Below, piece by piece: positions 60,506 through 64,000 of a DNA stretch of 64,000 nucleotides. The stretch spans positions 100,444-164,443 of the forward strand of contig CBFDEM010000019.1 in the NCBI GenBank assembly GCA_965603825.1, read 5' to 3'. The translations under genes and the position numbers were made by a program. How positions within the stretch are numbered: the first letter of the stretch is position 1; each line of letters opens with the position of its first letter. This DNA is from Blepharisma stoltei ATCC 30299. Lineage: Eukaryota > Protista > Ciliophora. The notes beneath the pieces were generated by a model. The model saw nothing but the letters and a program-made list of their open reading frames with translations, had not been told where the DNA came from and did not search any database.

Positions 60506-61384
60506 ATGGTTGACAAGCAATACATCGAGCCGGGCGAAACATTTGTGGCGCATCAGAATGATCCCAGTGGGCATATTCCAAAGCTTAAACAGACTTTTCA
60601 AGATTATATCGATACTTCTAGTCCAAAAGGGTTACTTTATTTAATAGATTCCTCCCATAACTTATTAATTTACAACGCTGACAGTAATACCAAGGAAAAA
60701 CAAATTTTGGAGACTCCAGAACCACTAGACTACGGAACATGTATGGCTCAGCTTCCAAATGGTAAGTTATTCTTTTACGGCAGATACCAAGGCTCGGGGA
60801 TTACTTTGCTTATTGATGAAAATTGATTAGTTCACAAATTGCCATCTGGAAAGCCTTGTAGATGATCTTCAGCTATCTTTTTCAACAATAGTATCTATTG
60901 TTTTGGAGGAAAGGATCAAAATGATCATCGTTTACCCCTATCTCGTAGATTTGATTTGGATGAAAATTGATGGATTGAACTAACTCAAATGCCACAAGCT
61001 TGTTTTAATTGCGACAGTGTAATTTTTAATAGAAATATTTTGATTTCTGGAGTTTCTATTAAAAATCTTTTGCTGTATTCAATTGATACTGACTCTTTCT
61101 CTACAATTCCTTATGATTTTGCAAAAAATAAAAGAAAGATCCTGATAAATGCAGAAAAGAAATTGTACTTGATTGAGAGTCGGAATCGGTCGATCTATGA
61201 AAGCGATATTGAAAGCTACACCAATTGGAGAAAAATTGGAGACTCGCCAATTGATATTCATCCTTTTCAAGTGTATTGAACGCATAATAAAGGAGAAATA
61301 TGTATTGGGTGCATAAACTATGCATCATCTGAATACTACTTCAAATTTGATCTTGATAAAAAAACGTTGGTTAAATTAGAATAA
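60506..61384 (+). CDS. Kelch-like beta-propeller protein
   Basis: With four TGA=W: QLPNGKLFFYG, IYCFGG...RFDL.EN(W)WIEL..MP, ILISG; TAA at 61382-61384. Confidence 0.85.
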
Positions 61385-61458
61385 GCTCCCTTTAAAATAA
61401 ATTTTTTAAGATTGATTAATACTTCAAACATCCAAAATTTATAGACTTGATGATTCTA

Positions 61459-64000
61459 AGGGTGTTAGGGTGTTAGGGTGTTAGGGTGTTAGGGTGTTAG
61501 GGTGTGGTGTTAGGGTGTTAGGGTGTTAGGGTGTTAGGGTGTTAGGGTGTTAGGGTGTTAGGGTGTTAGGGTGTTAGGGTGTTAGGGTGTTAGGGTGTTA
61601 GGGTGTTAGGGTGTTAGGGTGTTAGGGTGTGTTAGGGTGTTAGGGTGTTAGTTAGGGTGTTAGGGTGTTAGGGTGTTAGGGTGTTAGGGTTAGGGTGTTA
61701 GGGTGTTAGGGTGTTAGGGTGTTAGGGTGTTAGGGTGTTAGGGTGTTAGGGTGTAGGGTGTTAGGGTGTTAGGGTGTTAGGGTGTTAGGGTGTTAGGGTG
61801 TTAGGGTGTTAGGGTGTTAGGGTGTTAGGGTGTGTTAGGGTAGGTTAGGGTGTTAGGGTGTTAGGGTGTTAGGGTGTTAGGGTGTTAGGGTGTTAGGGTG
61901 TTAGGGTGTTAGGGTGTTAGGGTGTTAGGGTGTTAGGGTGTTAGGGTGTTAGGGTGTTAGGGTGTTAGGGTGTTAGGGTGTTAGGGTGTTAGGGTGTTAG
62001 GGTGTTAGGGTGTTAGGGTGTTAGGGTGTTAGGGTGTTAGGGTGTTAGGGTGTTAGGGTGTTAGGGTGTTAGGGTGTTAGGGTGTTAGGGTGTTAGGGTG
62101 TTAGGGTGTTAGGTTAGGGTGTTAGGGTGTTAGGGTGTTAGGGTGTTAGGGTTAGGGTGTTAGGGTGTTAGGGTAGGGTGTTAGGGTGTTAGGGTGTTAG
62201 GGTGTTAGGGTGTTAGGGTGTTAGGGTGTTAGGGTGTTAGGGTGTTAGGGTGTTAGGGTGTTAGGGTGTTAGGGTGTTAGGGTAGGTGTAGGGTGTTAGG
62301 GTGTTAGGGTGTTAGGGTGTTAGGGTGTTAGGGTGTTAGGGTGTTAGGGTGTTAGGGTGTAGGTTAGGGTGTTAGGGTGTTAGGGTGTTAGGGTGTTAGG
62401 GTGTTAGGGTGTTAGGGTGTTAGGGTGTTAGGGTGTTAGGGTGTTAGGGTGTTAGGGTGTTAGGGTGTTAGGGTGTTAGGGTGTTAGGGTGTTAGGGTGT
62501 TAGGGTGTTAGGGTGTTAGGGTGTTAGGGTGTTAGGGTGTTAGGGTGGGTGTTAGGGTGTTAGGGTGTTAGGGTGTTTAGGGTGTTAGGGTGTTAGGGTG
62601 TTAGGGTGTTAGGGTGTGTTAGGGTGTTAGGGTGTTAGGGTGTTAGGGTGTTAGGGTGTTAGGGTGTTAGGGTGTTAGGGTGTTAGGGTGTTAGGGTGTT
62701 AGGGGTGTTAGGGTGTTAGGGTGTTAGGGTGTTAGGGTGTTAGGGTGTTTAGGGTGTTAGGGTGTTAGGGTGTTAGGGTGTTAGGGTGTTAGGGTGTTAG
62801 GGTGTTAGGGTGTTAGGGTGTTAGGGTGTTAGGGTGTTAGGGTGTTAGGGTGTTAGGGTGTTAGGGTGTTAGGGTGTTAGGGGTGTTAGGGTGTTAGGGT
62901 GTTAGGGTGTTAGGGGTGTTAGGGTGTTAGGGTGTTAGGGTGTTAGGGTGTTAGGGTGTTAGGGTGTTAGGGTGTTAGGGTGTTAGGGTGTTTGGGTGTT
63001 AGGGTGTTAGGGTGTTAGGGTGTTAGGGTGTTAGGGGTGTTAGGGTGTTAGGGTGTTAGGGTGTTAGGGTGTTAGGGTGTTAGGGTGTTAGGGTGTTAGG
63101 GTGTTAGGGTGTTAGGGTGTTAGGGTGTTAGGGTGTTAGGGTGTTAGGGTGTTAGGGTGTTAGGGTGTTAGGGTGTTAGGGTGTTAGGGTGTTAGGGTGT
63201 TAGGGTGTTAGGGTGTTAGGGTGTTAGGGTGTTAGGGTGTTAGGGTGTTAGGGTGTTAGGGTGTTAGGGTGTTAGGGTGTTAGGGTGTTAGGGTGTTAGG
63301 GTGTTAGGGTGTTAGGGTGTTAGGGTGTTAGGGTGTTAGGGTGTTAGGGTGTAGGGTGTTAGGGTGTGTTAGGGTGTTAGGGTGTTAGGGTGTTAGGGTG
63401 TTAGGGTGTTAGGGTGTTAGGGGTAGGGTGTTAGGGTGTTAGGGTGTTAGGGTGTGTAGGGTGTTAGGGTGTTAGGGTGTTAGGGTGTTAGGGTGTTAGG
63501 GTGTTAGGGTGTTAGGGTGTTAGGGTGTTAGGGTGTTAGGGTGTTAGGGTGGTGTTAGGGTGTTAGGGTGTTAGGGTGTTAGGTGTTAGGGTGTTAGGGT
63601 GTTAGGGTGTTAGGGTGTTAGGGTGTTAGGGTGTTAGGGTGGTGTTAGGGTGTTAGGGTGTTAGGGTGTTAGGGTGTTAGGGTGTTAGGGTGTTAGGGTG
63701 TTAGGGTGTTAGGGTGTTAGGGTGTTAGGTGTTAGGGTGTTAGGGTGTTAGGGTGTTAGGGTGTTAGGGTGTTAGGGTGTTAGGGTGTTAGGGTGTTAGG
63801 GTGTTAGGGTGTTAGGGTGTTAGGGTGTTAGGGTGTTAGGGTGTTAGGGTGTTAGGGTGTTAGGGTGTTAGGGTGTTAGGGTGTTAGGGTGTTAGGGTGT
63901 TAGGGTGTTAGGGTGTTAGGGTGTTAGGGTGTTAGGGTGTTAGGGTGTTAGGGTGTTTAGGGTGTTAGGGTGTTAGGGTGTTAGGGTGTTAGGGTGTGTT
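61459..64000 (+). repeat. Macronuclear telomere, (AGGGTGTT)n / (CCCTAACA)n
   Basis: Tandem 8-mer running to the end of the window, G-rich strand 5'->3' toward the end, with sporadic variant units. Confidence 0.99.

Noticed and set aside
126-61279. In-frame TGAs as pseudogene lesions or selenocysteine
   Set aside because: They align with conserved Trp residues in many unrelated genes.
61459-64000. Repeat array as CRISPR or satellite
   Set aside because: No spacers; it is the known heterotrich telomere unit at a contig end.

Overview
This is the end of a ciliate macronuclear chromosome, almost certainly a heterotrich of the genus Blepharisma. Three things support this: at least 2.5 kb of (AGGGTGTT)n telomere (complement CCCTAACA) from about 61459, TGA read as Trp (only TAA/TAG are stops), and tiny 15-16 nt GTA...YAG spliceosomal introns. 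The supplied ORF track uses the standard code and fragments most genes. Re-reading with TGA=W and removing introns gives about 35 densely packed genes. They include a GSK3 3' end, two tandem AGC kinases, a RING-CH ligase, a 1819-aa IQ/EF-hand/pseudo-calpain, a GIGYF-like protein, TFIIB, an inositol-type sugar porter, Ufd2, a bromodomain-ET protein, PPP4R4, a GAR-domain protein, a Pol5/MYBBP1A-like protein, a PUF protein, TGS1, FBPase, a K+ channel, TFIIIC Tfc4, a PAS/Tmc-like protein and a kelch-like protein. The most unusual items are (1) a prokaryote-type DUF1015 enzyme with a whole CAP/SCP module inserted in frame near its C-terminus, (2) a degenerate ATP-grasp-like protein fused to a C-terminal truncated globin, (3) the catalytically dead calpain on a large Ca2+-sensing scaffold, (4) a PUF protein whose last repeat has a cytosine-type CYxxR code, and (5) a degenerate GTP cyclohydrolase I near the telomere. 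All family calls come from motif recognition by eye; no database search was run.
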